The position numbers and the translations under genes are program-made. From Podarcis bocagei (Eukaryota), in the NCBI GenBank assembly GCA_964188305.1, contig OZ076893.1: 64,000 bases of DNA; one strand, 5' to 3'. This document shows, one piece after another, positions 33,020 to 46,112 of the stretch. A model generated the notes under the pieces. It did not search any database. It saw only the letters and a list, made by a program, of their open reading frames with translations, and was not told the origin of the DNA. The number at the start of each line of letters is the position of its first letter. Position 1 is the first letter of the stretch.

Positions 33020-33570
33020 GCAGAAGCTCCGGCCAGGACTGACAGGGGGCAGCCCTGAGGAGGCGGGGGAAACGGAGGAGGCGGGAAGCGATGGCGCCGC
33101 CTCCCGCCGCTCTCCCGCGCCTGGCCGGAGGCTGGGCGAGGAAGGCGGGAGGGCGATGCTGCTCTGGCCGGGCCGCTGACCGCGGTGCTGGCGCGGAGGG
33201 GGACGGAGAAGGAGGAGGCCCCGCAGGATGGGCTGCGGCGGGAGCCGAGCCGATGCCATCGAGCCGCGCTACTACGAGAGCTGGACGAGGGAGACCGAGT
33301 CCACCTGGCTGACCAACACAGACGCCGAGCCCCAGCAGCCGCTTCCCGCCGCCGCCGCCGCCACTGGCCCCGAGGGCGGCCACGCCGAGGCTGGCCTGAG
33401 GGAACCCGGTGAGTAGAGCTCGGGGCTGTGGTGGCGGGAAACGCGAGCGAGGCGGCCCGGGCCCTTCCCGCCTCCTCGCTCGGTCCTCCGCCTCGCTTCC
33501 TTCTGGGCTCTTCTCCACAGCCAAAGGTTTGGCCGGAGGAAGCCGAGAGGTGGGCCAGCGAACAGGTGGC
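33020..33570 (+). promoter_or_regulatory. CpG island / promoter and exon 1 of BAALC
   Basis: Very GC- and CpG-rich tract in an AT-rich background, spanning the BAALC start codon. Confidence 0.85.
33228..33408 (+). CDS. BAALC: BAALC coding exon 1
   Basis: MGCGGSRADAIEPRYYESWTRETESTWLT, the conserved BAALC N-terminus (MGC acylation motif); donor g|gtgagt. Confidence 0.97.
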
Positions 33571-36177
33571 GAACACCTCACCTCCCTGTTGGGACATATT
33601 TCAGAGAAGTGGCTTTGCATTTCAAGTTCTGTCGTCTGAGCTGCGCTCATGGATTTATTCCTGCAGCCCTTGCTCCTCGTTCAGTGCGGCGGCTTGCAAT
33701 GCAACCCTATAGGTCCTGCATATTCAGAACAGAAGTGAAGCCACAGTCACGGGTGGGGTTCTTTTTGGACCATTATTGTTCTTGCGACTTTTTATTTTTA
33801 AGCAGGGAGAAGGGTTAAAACTTTTCCTCCCTGCAACGTAAAGAGGATGCATAGTAACATGCAGCTCTGCTTAACTAACATCTTCGTGTAACTTAACCTT
33901 ATGCCAGTATCGTGATGCGTTTTTTGTTTTGTTTTATTTGTTTTGTTTTTTTGGTCCAAGACCTTGTCCGTATTATATGGGATGCTGCTGGTGTGACACT
34001 ACAGAAAGATCAGGGAGGGACCTTTTGTTGCTGTTGTAAGGAAAGGCTCTTCAATAGTCAGCAAAAGGGAGTTGCTGCTGAAAAGAAACCTGGTACCAGT
34101 GCGCAAGGAAGATGGATTGTAGCCTCAGTTCTATAGATCCTGTGCTTTGCCAGTTTGTGCCATGTAGTAAGTGGCACAAGGATTGTCAGGCTTGTTGTGA
34201 ACAGGGCTTCACATATTTGGATGATCAGGCTGTCGGAGCAACCTGTCTGATCTATGAATATTCGGATTTAGGGTTGTGCTTTAGTCAAGCTAGCAGTTCA
34301 TAGTGTTGGAATCATGACTGAATGTTATATATTTCAATTACATGTTGCACATTTTCAGTTGCAAACATAGCATCTTTGGTCTCTGTCCATTTAAGATGGA
34401 TGCTGCTGTGTTTGTGCTTACAAGGATACAAGACAGTCCTAATGCTTAGCCAGCAGCACCATATCAACTTAGCAGCGTACAAGAACATGAAATACTGTAA
34501 TTAGAACACACTCGCCACAATGCAGGCGGTAGGACTTCTGCACCAGTTATGGCATTGTGCCAAGTCAACTCTCCTAGCAGCTGCTTACTAAAAGCATCAG
34601 CAGGAATGCCTTAGCATCTCTGCAGGGTAGGTAGAACTCTTCTTGACCATGACCAGTGAGAGCCTCACAAGTGGGGAATAGAAGATTTGCTCTGTTTTCA
34701 GAACTAATGCTGCAGATAAGAGGTTTGCAGTATTAAGAGTTCAAATGTTGTTCACTGAAAACAACACCACTCGTTTCCTGTCAGCTAACACCAGGCAACA
34801 TTTTTAATACAGTTCAAAAGAGATAGATGGCTGTCCGAATCATGAAAACATTTGGGTATTTAAGGGGGCTGGACATCTAGGGGCTTGCCCCCCTCCCTTT
34901 TGTCCCATGTTTTGAAAGCACGGATCTGAGAGGCTTGCCACTTGTTCCGAAAGCACGAGTCCAAGCAGCTATGCTTTTGCTCCACTGTTTCCCCCTGGAA
35001 AACACACTCAGTATCTCTAAATTGGAACAAACGGTAATCCATGGAAAATGTGATTGCTATTTGTTCCAATTCAGTGCTAAATTATGGGTTTCTCGGGGGG
35101 GGGGGAGCAGCTGGTGAAACAGAAGTGTGGATGAGCCCTAAGATGTCTTCTTTTTTACATTGGCTTTGGAGAATTGCCACTGAGATGCTGCTGTGAGATG
35201 GTTTGCTGTTTTGTTTTATGCACTGATATATTGCTTTATGAAGTTGTTGTTACCCAGGCTAATATATTTGATTAAGGGTGGGACATATTTTTTTTAAATA
35301 AATATATGATTAATAAGAGAGCAAGAGTAAGGTTGGCAGAGTTGCATTAGAGACTGGGATGTGTGCATTAAAGCCCTGTTGAATTCCTCATCATTTCATT
35401 ACATAGTATTTAGTGAAATGGGCTAGGTATCCAGGGGATATTACTGATATTTATTAATTAACATAGATTTTGCTATGTAAGCTATAATATTTGTCTTTGG
35501 AAGTATGCCTTGTTGGTTTCAGAGCAACCCAGCAGCAAGCTCTCTGCCTATCTTAGGGATGTATACATGTGTTTTAAAGTAGTTGATTTTCCCCACCCCA
35601 GTCAAATCACTGTGAATGTGTACATGATAGCTGGTCAGCCATATGACCACTTTAGAGGTGTGCCTGTAATAGATTATGTGGATTTTTATGCACAATCCAT
35701 CATGAACGTCCTGGTGGAATTGCTTACCATGCAGATTTAAAATGGGGGAAAGCCCTCAAAAGAGTTTTGTGAATTGACTCTTTGAAATAACATGCACTTA
35801 TGGTCACATTCTGCTTAATTTTGGCATGGTGGCGGAGGGGAAGGGGGAGTGTAATACCCAAATGCTATTACATTCCTCCATAAACTGAGAAAATATCATT
35901 TGCTGTTGCTAACTAGGACTAAGCTACAATTACCTAGGACATCAGTCTTTGGATTTTCCTATGGGTTTACTTTTATTTTTTGAAATGCAGGTGTAGGGAA
36001 CAGTCAGTTTGCTTATAGCTGCAGAGCTTCCCCTTATGCCATTTCTTTAACTGAAATCATATTGCTGTTGCAAGCAAGTCCAGCCCCACCTACATTTCAG
36101 TCATGTGTAACATGTAGTTTGACATTAACAGAACTCTTCTTTAACCTAAACCTTTTTTTAACCTAGAATGAATCCAT

Positions 36178-36312
36178 GGGTTATAACCAATGCTAGTCCT
36201 ACTCAGAGCAGCCCACTGAAATTAATGAACCACAGTTAGTCATATCTATAATCTCCAGTGGGTCTACTCTGTGTAGGACTAGCACTGAGCAGGACTAGCA
36301 TTGAATACAACC
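36178..36312. mobile_element. Small palindromic MITE (Harbinger-like); relatives near 536-656 and 4010-4132
   Basis: GGGTTATAACCAATGCTAGTCCT ... AGGACTAGCATTGAATACAACC inverted termini; similar hairpins elsewhere in the window. Confidence 0.6.
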
Positions 36313-37464
36313 TCAAATTTTGTTTTCTCAGTTTTTGCCTTCAGATTTTTGTAGCCTGTGCATGCACCACCTATACATTTTTAATATATTTGAGTTTGGT
36401 TGTATTTGTTATTGTCTTTGAGTAAGCAATGGTTAAGATTTAGCAGAAGTTAACTGCTTGCAAGTCTTATTGTGTTAAGTAGGAGACAGTTTAACCATTC
36501 AGCTGAAATCAGAGGGACATAAACATTTATTTATTTTTCTTAGACATTTATATACTGCTTAATTACTTGTATTTCTAAGCAGTGTACATAAAAAAGCAAT
36601 CCACACAAAATGTGACAATAAAAAAAAATATTACCAGTATAAAGCCAAACACCTAAATCTTATCCAATATTATAATTCTCCACTCATTTTTTTTTCTTCT
36701 ATTCATTTTTTCCTCCTCATATTCCCTTTTTATCTTAATTTTCAAACTGCAGCAGAGGGTGATTTTTTCTACAGTAAACTGAAAAGAGCAATAATGGCTA
36801 TAAACAGAAGTTTGAAATACAGAAACTGTAAGACCTTTGCATTAAGATCATAACAGAATTTAATGTACTCAGTAGTAAGCAACACACTTAAACCCGCCGT
36901 GGAACTTTTTACCTGTACCAAACAATTGGTGAAGAAGAAATATCCAAAAACCGGTGTAGCGATATCAGTCATCTGGGGTGGGTGGTATGAAAAGGCAAAG
37001 CCTTTAAAAGACCAACAACGGTGCTATACTTTTGTGAATGGTCTCAAAAAAATGGAGGGGGGACAATTTAGCAGTAGTTCAAGTTGTTCCTAAAAGCTTC
37101 CATTGAGAGAGAAAATGTAGCATGAAATCCTCCTTTCACAGACTATTAAAACTAGAAAAAATATGTATTGCTGTTTTAAAAGCAGTCTTGTCACTCTAGT
37201 TGCTTCATTAGCTTCATCTAGAAAAGCAATCAAAGCAAAACTATTGAACTGAAAGGTTTTGCATTATCAGAAGTATTATTGACAGTTGGATTAGTTTTCC
37301 ATAGGCCAGAGATCTGCAATCTCTATAATCACAACCTTTTTAGAGGGAGTTGCTTAGTTGTATAGGATCCATTCCCACCCCCCTACAAAAAAACACTCTT
37401 CTGTTTTAAGGGTATATATATATTTCTGTGTTGAAACAACCTTTTGTTATGGTTATGTATTATA

Positions 37465-37925
37465 GCTCCTCCCGTTGCTCGGTCCCTGCTCCTGCCAACC
37501 TAGCAGTTCGAAAGCACGTCAAAGTGGTACTGCTCTGGTGGTACCGCTCTGGCAGGAAGGTAAACAGTGTTTCCGTGTGCTGCTCTGGTTCGGCTTAGAA
37601 GCAGCTTAGTCATGCTGGCCACAAGACCTGGAAGCTTTCTGCAGACAAACCATAGCTGTCAACCTTCCCTTTTTGGGGGGAAATTCCCTTATTCCATTGC
37701 CCTTTCCCGCTGCTATCCTGGATTGTTAGATATCCCGTAGACTGTCCCCGGGACAGGTGAGGCTGCTGATCCCTTATTTTAGAGGCTGCTGGACCCTTAT
37801 TTTCAAATCTAAAGTTGACAGCTATGGGACAAATGCTGGCTCCCTTGGCCAGTAAAGCGAGATGAGCGCCGCAACCCCAGAGTCATCCGCAACTGGACCT
37901 AACGGTCAGGGGTCCCTTTACTTTT
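37465..37925 (+). mobile_element. 5'-truncated Sauria SINE interrupted by a hAT MITE
   Basis: Body and 3' end (GGACCTAACGGTCAGGGGTCCCTTTAC) shared with 15840-16084; split at 37650/37827. Confidence 0.85.
37651..37826. mobile_element. hAT MITE nested in a Sauria SINE
   Basis: Perfect 13-bp TIRs CATAGCTGTCAAC / GTTGACAGCTATG; 8-bp TSD agacaaac / ggacaaat. Confidence 0.85.
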
Positions 37926-38246
37926 AGTACTTCTAATGCTGTTCCAAGTGCTATGTGGGGAAATGTGGGTTTAAAGAGTCACAGATGTATTTTGCATTAG
38001 GCCCATTATATTGTAAATAGGCAATGACATTTATGCATGCTCCATTTTGGGAAATATTTACTTGCTCATCTTCTATTTTTAAGTGACGTGTGTGTGCGTC
38101 CCCTTCAAGGCTGTACAATTTGCTTGCTGTGCTACCACAGTACTGGAGTGTTTATCCAGAAGTTTGTCATGCTGTTACTTAAACTTAGGCAGAGGTACTA
38201 CCCCAATCACCTGTCCCTATTACCTGTTAAGGAATGTCTACTAGAT

Positions 38247-38465
38247 TATTTATTTCATTTATATTCAATCTTTTTCTCCAAGGAGCTCAAGACTGCATAC
38301 AACATGTTTCTCCCCCTCATTTAATCCCCAAAACAACTCTGCAAAGTAGGTTAGGCTGAGTGGCACTGACTGACCAAAGGCCACCTAGTGAGCTTCATGA
38401 CCAAGTAGAGATTTGAACCCTGGTCTCCAAGGTCATAGTCTGGCACTCTAATCACTACACCACAC
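38247..38465 (-). mobile_element. Older tRNA-derived SINE (Squam3/L2-tail type)
   Basis: On -: GTGTGGTGTAGTGATTAGAG head, GGTTCAAATC B box, GAGCTCCTTGG 3' segment, AAAT-rich tail. Confidence 0.75.
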
Positions 38466-41398
38466 TTGCTCTGATTCTTGCTAGTGGAAGCACTTGCTGT
38501 TTGAAGAACTAATATATATCCACCTACATACATAAGGAATCTAAACCACCACCATCATTGTTTTACTTGACTGCTGTTTTGCCAAAATCCTATAACTAGA
38601 TGTCAGCTTCATATTACTATGTATTTGGAGATGAATGTAGATAACTTCCCCAGTGTAGTACTGTACTTGCAAGTAAACATGTCTCTTACATGCACCTTAA
38701 GTTAATAAGATGTGCATGGATTCATCATGCATGTTAAAGAACCCATTACATTGGATTTGCATTGTGTCCAACACTTGTCCATCTCCATGTATCTTCTTCT
38801 TCTTCATCTTCTTCTTCTTTGAATTTGTTAGTTGCTTTATCTTGCCAAGGCCAACCCAAAGAAACATCCAACCAACCAAATGAACAACCCCCTGCCCCAC
38901 ATAGATACATGCATGGAGAGCCACCACAGACTTTGGGTTTTGTGTGTTCCTAGCCTTTTATCCCACTTCTAGCACCAGCTCGAGTGCTATGAGAAGATGC
39001 TGAAGATTCTCCTTCCCCACCCTTTCTCTGTTTCCTATGAGTAGTCATATATGAGCTCTATCTCTTGTGAAAAACATTTTCTCAGATTATGTAACATTCT
39101 GGTAGATTTGTAGGGTTGGGGCAGAATATAGGCTACTCGTGAAGCTGATATGCAAGTCTCTGTGACTCAGTCTGTTATGGGCTACAGAAGCCAGAGTTGT
39201 TAGCTTAACATCTGCCCAAAACTGACAGCATCCCACCATTACTAGGTCACATCATTTGACACTTGTCTTAATACTAATTCACTTGGCCTAGCCCTCTAGG
39301 CCACATGTGCAAGGACTATCTGCACTGGAGCATTCTGTGTTCTTGCTTTGGACTAGATAACACCATAAATTAAACTGCTAGAATTTCCCCCCTCTTCCCT
39401 GCATTGCAGGTAGGCAGGGGACAACCATGGACTGAGCGTGGACATAATATCTAGACTGACGGCAGTCTATGTTTTTGCACAATTTCTTTCTCCAAATCTA
39501 TGACCACCAGTTACCAAATATGTGTTTGATGCTTATTGAGAGTAAAATATAATATAGTTTATGTGGATGCCACAAGCGTGTTACTCTATTCTACAGGAGT
39601 CCCCAAGTGACGCCACTTGTACCGAGCAACTCTCCGCCCACAACTTTTATACCTAGACTCAAAATATATGGGACCCCCCCTCCAAACACACACACACACA
39701 CACACACACTTCTTCCATCACCAGCTCCCTCATGAAAGCTTTGAGGGCAGGAAGGTGAGTCCTGGTAAACGGAAGGAGCCACCCTTTAATGACAAACCCA
39801 ATTTCTCTCTCCCATGAAACTGGCATAAGGTGATATATAAATCAAATTAAAAATAACATAAGCATGCACTATGCATCCCAGGTATGCATTTTGCCTTCCG
39901 TCTCCATGTTGCCACACAGCCCATCACGGCTTTATTTTAGCATGGCAACAGTGGTGTAGCACAGAGTAGTTTGTATGGCAATCTCATGCAGGCGAAAGGC
40001 TGACCCTATGCAGCATTATTCACTTGCATGCAGTTCTAAGCAGCATCTGTGCAACTCACTTGTGTGAAGCCTCAAACCTCTTGCACAGATGATCAAAAAG
40101 CATGAAAGGAACGTGCTGTTACTTCAAGACTATTTGTTCTTGAACAGATAAATATGAATGCATACATAATTTTTACATGTTATTTTTGGTACTTTCCTCC
40201 TTTTATGTTCTTTCCCCAGCAGTTTCTTGGAGTGCATTCTTCCATAAAGCTTGAATATTGCTTCATTCATATGATTTGACACTTAAACAATACTTCATTA
40301 GCCCTCTAGATGCTCCTGTGTGGGAGGAGCATCCTGTAATTTTGCGTTGACTTTTAGCACCAGAAATGGGACTGAACCAGTTGTTTTCCTTTCCCTGCAT
40401 TGCAGATATACAGAGGACAAGCAAGGATCTGCTTTGATAAAGAGTCTTTCGTCATAAACATTTTTTAGGAGGTCTCCAAAAAGGATCACAGACTTCCCGT
40501 GCAGTCTTCTTGCTCTAGTTATTTGCATGTAGGTGGCAATGTGCACCCTTACAAATGCTATTTAGTTGGTACTATAGCACATGGAAGAATGGTGATGCTT
40601 AAATTAACTTGAGACAGCCTTTTAATATTCCGTTTTATGGAGGACTTGGGTATGTCTGTGCTGTGCACTCCCCCACTTACTCCCACTGACAACTACTGAC
40701 AAATTTGATATGTTCCGTCAGGGTATCAATGTTTAACTGGATACATGTAAAATATTTAGGCTGCATGTCGAATCTAATTGGAGTTCGCTCTGGATGCAGT
40801 ATGTGTACAAAATAGAAATATTGATGCAATGCCTGGTCTCATGTGAGTTAAGACTTCATTGATTATGAAACACAGTATCACTTCTAAATACCAAGAAGTG
40901 TTCCTTATCATTCCCTAGTTTACAGCATAGAGTTAACTAGCGCTCTGCTTTGGGCAGAAAACCGAAAAATTTTCTTGTTTCAGAGTGAGTCGCATAAAGA
41001 GGTTGGCTGAATATATTGAGCCAATTGTGCCGTTATCTCCTGTCTGCTTTTGCAGCTGCTCTCAGTCACCTGACACAAAGTAACAATGCCTTCAATTTTT
41101 CGTGAAGCATATATGTAACCAAGAATCGTGCAAACAAAAACCCCAGTGGTTATACGTATTTCCTTTTATTGACAGCTTTGTTTGGTTCTGTATGTGGGGC
41201 TTGAAGCAAAAGCTATGATTAACTGATAAGAGCATGTGAAAGGTTCATTATGTGGCAGATAGACACATATAACTGAAGCATATGGCCCCAAAGTTCACAT
41301 ATATTTCATATCAGTGGTAGCATTGGTAATCATAAGGCTTGGTACTTGGCCAGAGAACAGTGAGACGTGTGCAAAATGTTCTGTAGGTGGTATTTATC

Positions 41399-41424
41399 GA
41401 TTGATTGATTGATTGATTGATTGA
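41399..41424. repeat. (GATT)n microsatellite at a SINE/LINE tail remnant
   Basis: Direct reading; followed by CCAAGGAGCTCA as in the SINE at 38247. Confidence 0.9.
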
Positions 41425-42584
41425 ATTTACACTCTTCTGCCTTTCCTCCCCAAGGAGCTCAGGGAAGCAAACTGGCCATCAGCCTCTTGCTGATGCAGGA
41501 CATATGCTGCCACAGCATCCCTGACACAGAATCATAGAGCTGGAAGACACATCAAATATTGGCTTGATCAGGAGTGGAAAACCTTCTTGGCCCAGATGGC
41601 CAAATCTTTCTCTCTCCCAAACCCTTTGGGCCAACTTGGGTGAGACGTGAGCGAGGCCACTGACCTGTCAATCTGACATCACAATTACTTTAGATGAGAG
41701 GTGGGCAGATGACCCATAGGGGTGAGGGGAGGAGTCTGATTTGCCAGTGCATCCCCCATAGGACTTCAATGGCACCATAGTGCCCACAGAGGCCATGTTG
41801 GCAACCACTTCTTTACCCAAACCATCAAGGCTTACCACAGAAACTTTCAGATGGCTCTGCTTGCTTTCTTTGACAGGTTGCACACAGTCATGTTGTTTCA
41901 CTGAGAAATGCTATATGATGAATGAAGGGTCCTGGTATATTTTATCTTTTGGAGAGAAAAAAACAGCTGGGTGAAGAGCTAGAGCAAACAGACGGGGAGG
42001 AAAACTGGCCCTTTCCCCCTGCCAATTCCCCAGTGCCCACAGCTGTTTCACCTGATAAAAAAGCAGGGGGAGGAAATTACGTAACTACACATAATTTCTG
42101 CCCTCAGGATGGCGAGAACGATTTTATAGCAAAAGTTCACAGAAACAGAAGAGAGGCAGTATGGGATGTTCTGAGCCATACAACGTATTTTTCCACAGCA
42201 GTATGGCTGCACAAAAGCAGGAAGTCAAACAGGACATAAACTATTATCCATGGTATTCAACAGATTACTATTTATATTTAAAAAGGAATAGAGCAGGAGA
42301 AGAAGAAAAAATCAGTGTTCTATTTTTGTTTTCAAAGACATGTCTGCTTTGCTTATGTCTCTGAATAATAATTCAGGATCTTGTGCTCCTAACTTCTGTT
42401 CAGTTTCTAATTTGTTGGAGGGGGATAGGAATGTACAAATGTAAAAACCATTGGGCATATACAAACTGTTCACAAACAATTCTGTGAAACTGACTAGTTT
42501 TGCAAATATCACTTTAACTTGAAAAATGTGTAAAACACCAGTAAATGTTTTGACTTAACAAAATGTGATTTTGTGTGTTCTTAG

Positions 42585-42757
42585 GAATTCTGGAGGACAG
42601 CAAATCAACTCAGACTTGTACCGGAAAGTCCTCAGCTGCAAGTGGAATAGGTGGTACTGAAAAGAGAGCTCACTGTGGTACACAATGTACAAAACTGACA
42701 GCTCACCCCACGGGAACTTCAGCACACAAACAACAAAATGGCTTTAGAACCACAGAG
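42585..42757 (+). CDS. BAALC: BAALC coding exon 2
   Basis: ttcttag| ... gag|gtaggt; encodes GILEDSK..EKRAHCGTQC..KQQNGFRTTE; phase matches exon 1. Confidence 0.93.
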
Positions 42758-43799
42758 GTAGGTGCAGAACTACATTCCGAGTGACTCCTTGTACACACTG
42801 GTATCCTCTTGAAGCTGGGCTAATCCTGTTTCTCCTCAGCTAAAGGCCTGTCACAGTGCTATTAAGCCTGTGTCCTTTATACTGAAGTTGTACCTTCTAA
42901 ACTAGTGTCTCTTTTTTAAAGTCACAATGAAGACATTTCTCTTATTGCAAGGCTCATGACAAAGCAATAACTATTGGGAATAATGGCATGTGTTGAACCT
43001 GTTTTGATTAAGGACATAAAGAAGAATCAACTGAATATATTAATACTGCTTTACTGTTATTTTGAAGGCCAGTCATGAGCTGCTTAAGTAAACATTTAAG
43101 CAACATTTATCCTATTGCCCACTGGATGTTCCCGTCGCATCTCTGAGCCTGCCAAGCATCCATAAAATCCAACCGGAGTGTCTGTGAAGAAAAACTTGTG
43201 ATTAATCCAATTGAACATGGTCTAGATCTCATGTTAGGCCCTACTTTGTGGTAGCAAAGTATTGGAGGATGATACAGTCTCAAGATTAGCCCAGAAGCTG
43301 GAGGTTTCCCACCCCACTTTACATTTATACTTCCTTTGAACTTCACTGGTCATTTTTTGTCCATTTGGGGACAATGTTTTGGTTCATGTGGGTCTTTATT
43401 ATCCTGAACACAACTTGGTGTCATCTACAAACTAGTCCATGTTCCTCCTCATCCCTGACTTCAGATCCATTATAAACAAGTTAAATAACACCAGTTAAAC
43501 AGAGATCACTTGTGAGTGGTAGGGAGGGCGTTCTTTGTGATAACTTTCCAATTACTTTACTTCCTATTTGCTGAGTAAAAATGCCACTGTATCAACAATT
43601 TGACTGGCAATTACTACAAGATCTGTTTGTGATTTCAGGATAGCGATATTGCTAAGTTTTGTTTGTTGTTTTGATTGGAATATTTTGATAATTTTTATTT
43701 TACTCTTGTCTTTTCTCCTTGTTTAGGAAATTTACTTCTATGAAACACCTTCTAAGCATCTTGCATTAAACTAATTTACTGTACACTCTTTCTAAACAG

Positions 43800-43907
43800 G
43801 CTAAATGGGACAACAAGAAAAACGTCACAAAAGAAGTCGCTATTAATGCCACCAAAACAATAAGACAAATTAGTAACAGAAGAATTACAAAGAACTGTGT
43901 CAATTAA
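43800..43907 (+). CDS. BAALC: BAALC coding exon 3, stop TAA (total 153 aa)
   Basis: taaacag|; encodes AKWDNKKNVTKEVAINATKTIRQISNRRITKNCVN*, ending in the conserved RRITKNCVN. Confidence 0.95.
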   Translation, partial: AKWDNKKNVTKEVAINATKTIRQISNRRITKNCVN

Positions 43908-44254
43908 AAGAGCCAAAGGAGAAGATGACTGAATTCTGCAATATTTTGCTGCACTTTAACTGATAACTTAATGTGAAGATCTCAAGATGTTTTATTTTTC
44001 ATGCTGAATGTAGTGGACATCTGCTGCTGAGTGCCTTTGGAAAAACCGCTATCCTTGCTCTAAACTGCTGCCAGCAATGGACGCTTTTTGTTCTATATTG
44101 CCATACTGGTGAGGCTGGGCCAGCAATTAGAACATAATGTGTTTGGATTATATACATTGCCATTTAAGTAATTAATTTCACATAAGAATGTATACCAAAA
44201 GATTTCAGGAACACTCAATCCCTCACAAATTGCATCTGACACATCGTGTTTTTA

Positions 44255-45141
44255 GGTACATGTGTGAGTGTCTGGAGGCGGTTGGAGGATGGATGGCGGC
44301 TAACAGATTGAGGTTGAATCCTGACAAGACAGAAGTACTGTTTTTGGAGGACAGGAGGCGGGCAGGTGTGGAGGACTTCCTGGTCCTGAATGGGGTAACT
44401 GTGCCCCTGAAGGACCCGGTGCGCAGCCTGGGAGTTATTCTGGACTCACAGCTGTCCATGGAGGCGCAGGTCAATTCTGTGTCCAGGGCAGCTGTTTATC
44501 AGCTCCATCTGGTACGCAGGCTGAGACCCTACCTGCCCGCAGACTGTCTTGCCAGAATGGCGCTTGCTCTGGTTATCTCTCGCTTGGACTACTGCAATGC
44601 ACTCTATGTGGGGCTACCTTTGAAGGTGACCCGGAAACTACAACTAATCCAGAATGTGGCAGCTAGACTGGTGACTGGGAGCGGCTGCCGAGTCCACATA
44701 ACACTGGTCTTGAAAGACCTACACTGACTCCCAGTATGTTTCCGAGCACAATTCAAAGTGTTGGTGCTGACCTTTAAAGCCCTAAACGGCCTCGGCCCAG
44801 TATACCTGAAGGAGTGTCTCCACCCCCATTGTTCTGCCCGGACACTGAGGTCCAGTGCCGAGGGCCTTCTGGTAGTTCCCTCGCTGCGAGAAGCCAAGTT
44901 GCAGGGGAACCAGGCAGAGGGCCTTCTTGGTAGTGGCGCCCTGTGGAATGCCCTCCCACCAGATGTGAAAGAGAAAAACAACTACCAGACTTTTAGAAGA
45001 CATCTGAAGGCAGCCCTGTTTAGGGAAACTTTTAATGTTTAATAGACTATTGTATTTTAATATTCTGTTGGAAGCTGCCCAGAATGGCTAGGGAAACCCA
45101 ACCAGATGGGCGGGGTATAAATAATTTATTATTATTATTAT
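44255..45141 (+). mobile_element. 5'-truncated L2/CR1-group LINE (end of RT to 3' tail)
   Basis: CLEAVGGWMAANRLRLNPDKTEVL..VRSLGVILDS..ISRLDYCNALYVGLP..LQLIQN; in-frame stop and frameshift; (TTA)n tail. Confidence 0.92.
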
Positions 45142-45720
45142 ATGAAAGTTGAGCTTTCATGCAGCCTTTCTGTGGTTGGCACTTCAGTTCAGTTTGCACA
45201 TCAAATGATTTCCATCCTGATCCTAAAGATGTTCACTACAATGGCTGTGTACAGATTTGCAGGTTCTGTTGTTTATCTCAGTGGCATGCTGGGTGAGCAA
45301 TATAATAATGGTCTGATTTGCTATACCATATGAGACTTACGATGTAACTGATAGCCAAGGTTTGTGACGGCATAGATAGGTTTAATGTAGCTGAAATACA
45401 TGTAAGAACTGTGGTACTCTAACTTTGCCTGCTTCTGTGTCATATAGCAGCTTTGCACTGTGTGGCAACGATATGCCTGCAAGAGGGTGAAATATCCCAT
45501 CACTCAGAATTGGGATCTCCCACAACTCATTGAAAAAAGGCGATTGATCTTGTGTCTCCTTTATCACTTATATTTTCAAAAGGAATTTGTGTATACATTT
45601 GCTACTGAAGTCTCTAAATTTTAAACAAACAGATTTGTTTTGAAGGAGAGCAAAATTATTCAAATAGTAATCTGATGGACACAACTTCATTTTTTAAAAA
45701 GTTCTTCTGGCCTATAAATT

Positions 45721-45828
45721 AATAAAATTTATATGAAAAGTTAGTGTTTGGTGTCAAATCTATAGAAAAGGCACTTCAATCACAGATGAACAGGTCATTG
45801 AGACAAATAAAAAAATGTAACTAATAAA
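45721..45828 (+). terminator. Cluster of AATAAA signals, likely the BAALC 3' end
   Basis: AATAAA at 45721, ~45806 and ~45823 followed by TGTTTGT / TTGTTTGG; first canonical hexamers after the BAALC stop. Confidence 0.55.
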
Positions 45829-45976
45829 AATGTTTGTAAATTGTTTGGCTTCTTAAAGAAATTGCTTGAGATGAAAATTCAGTGTTTGAAATCTATATTC
45901 AGTCTCTAGGCTTAATAACTGTTGGAGGATTGCTTATTAAGTTAAGATAACCATTGAATCATAGAACCCTGTAGAG

Positions 45977-46112
45977 CAGGCATAGGCAAACTTGGCTCTC
46001 CAGATGTTTTGGGACCACAACTCCCATCATCCCTGACCACTGGTTCTGTTAGCTAGGGATGATGGGAGTTGTAGTCCGAAAACATCTGGAGGGCTGAATT
46101 TGCCTATGCCTG
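45977..46112. mobile_element. Palindromic hAT MITE
   Basis: TIRs CAGGCATAGGCAAA / TTTGCCTATGCCTG, near-complete hairpin, TSD ctgtagag / ctgtagac; degraded relatives near 880-1000, 24245-24770 and 47228-47350. Confidence 0.9.

Noticed and set aside
32803-33712. Long ORFs on both strands around BAALC exon 1 (similarly 55199-55737 at FZD6)
   Set aside because: CpG-island artefacts; only 33228-33408 matches a known protein
40980-41110. Possible neural enhancer in BAALC intron 1 (SOX-like AACAAT/ACAAAG, E-boxes)
   Set aside because: Short motifs expected by chance; needs conservation or chromatin data
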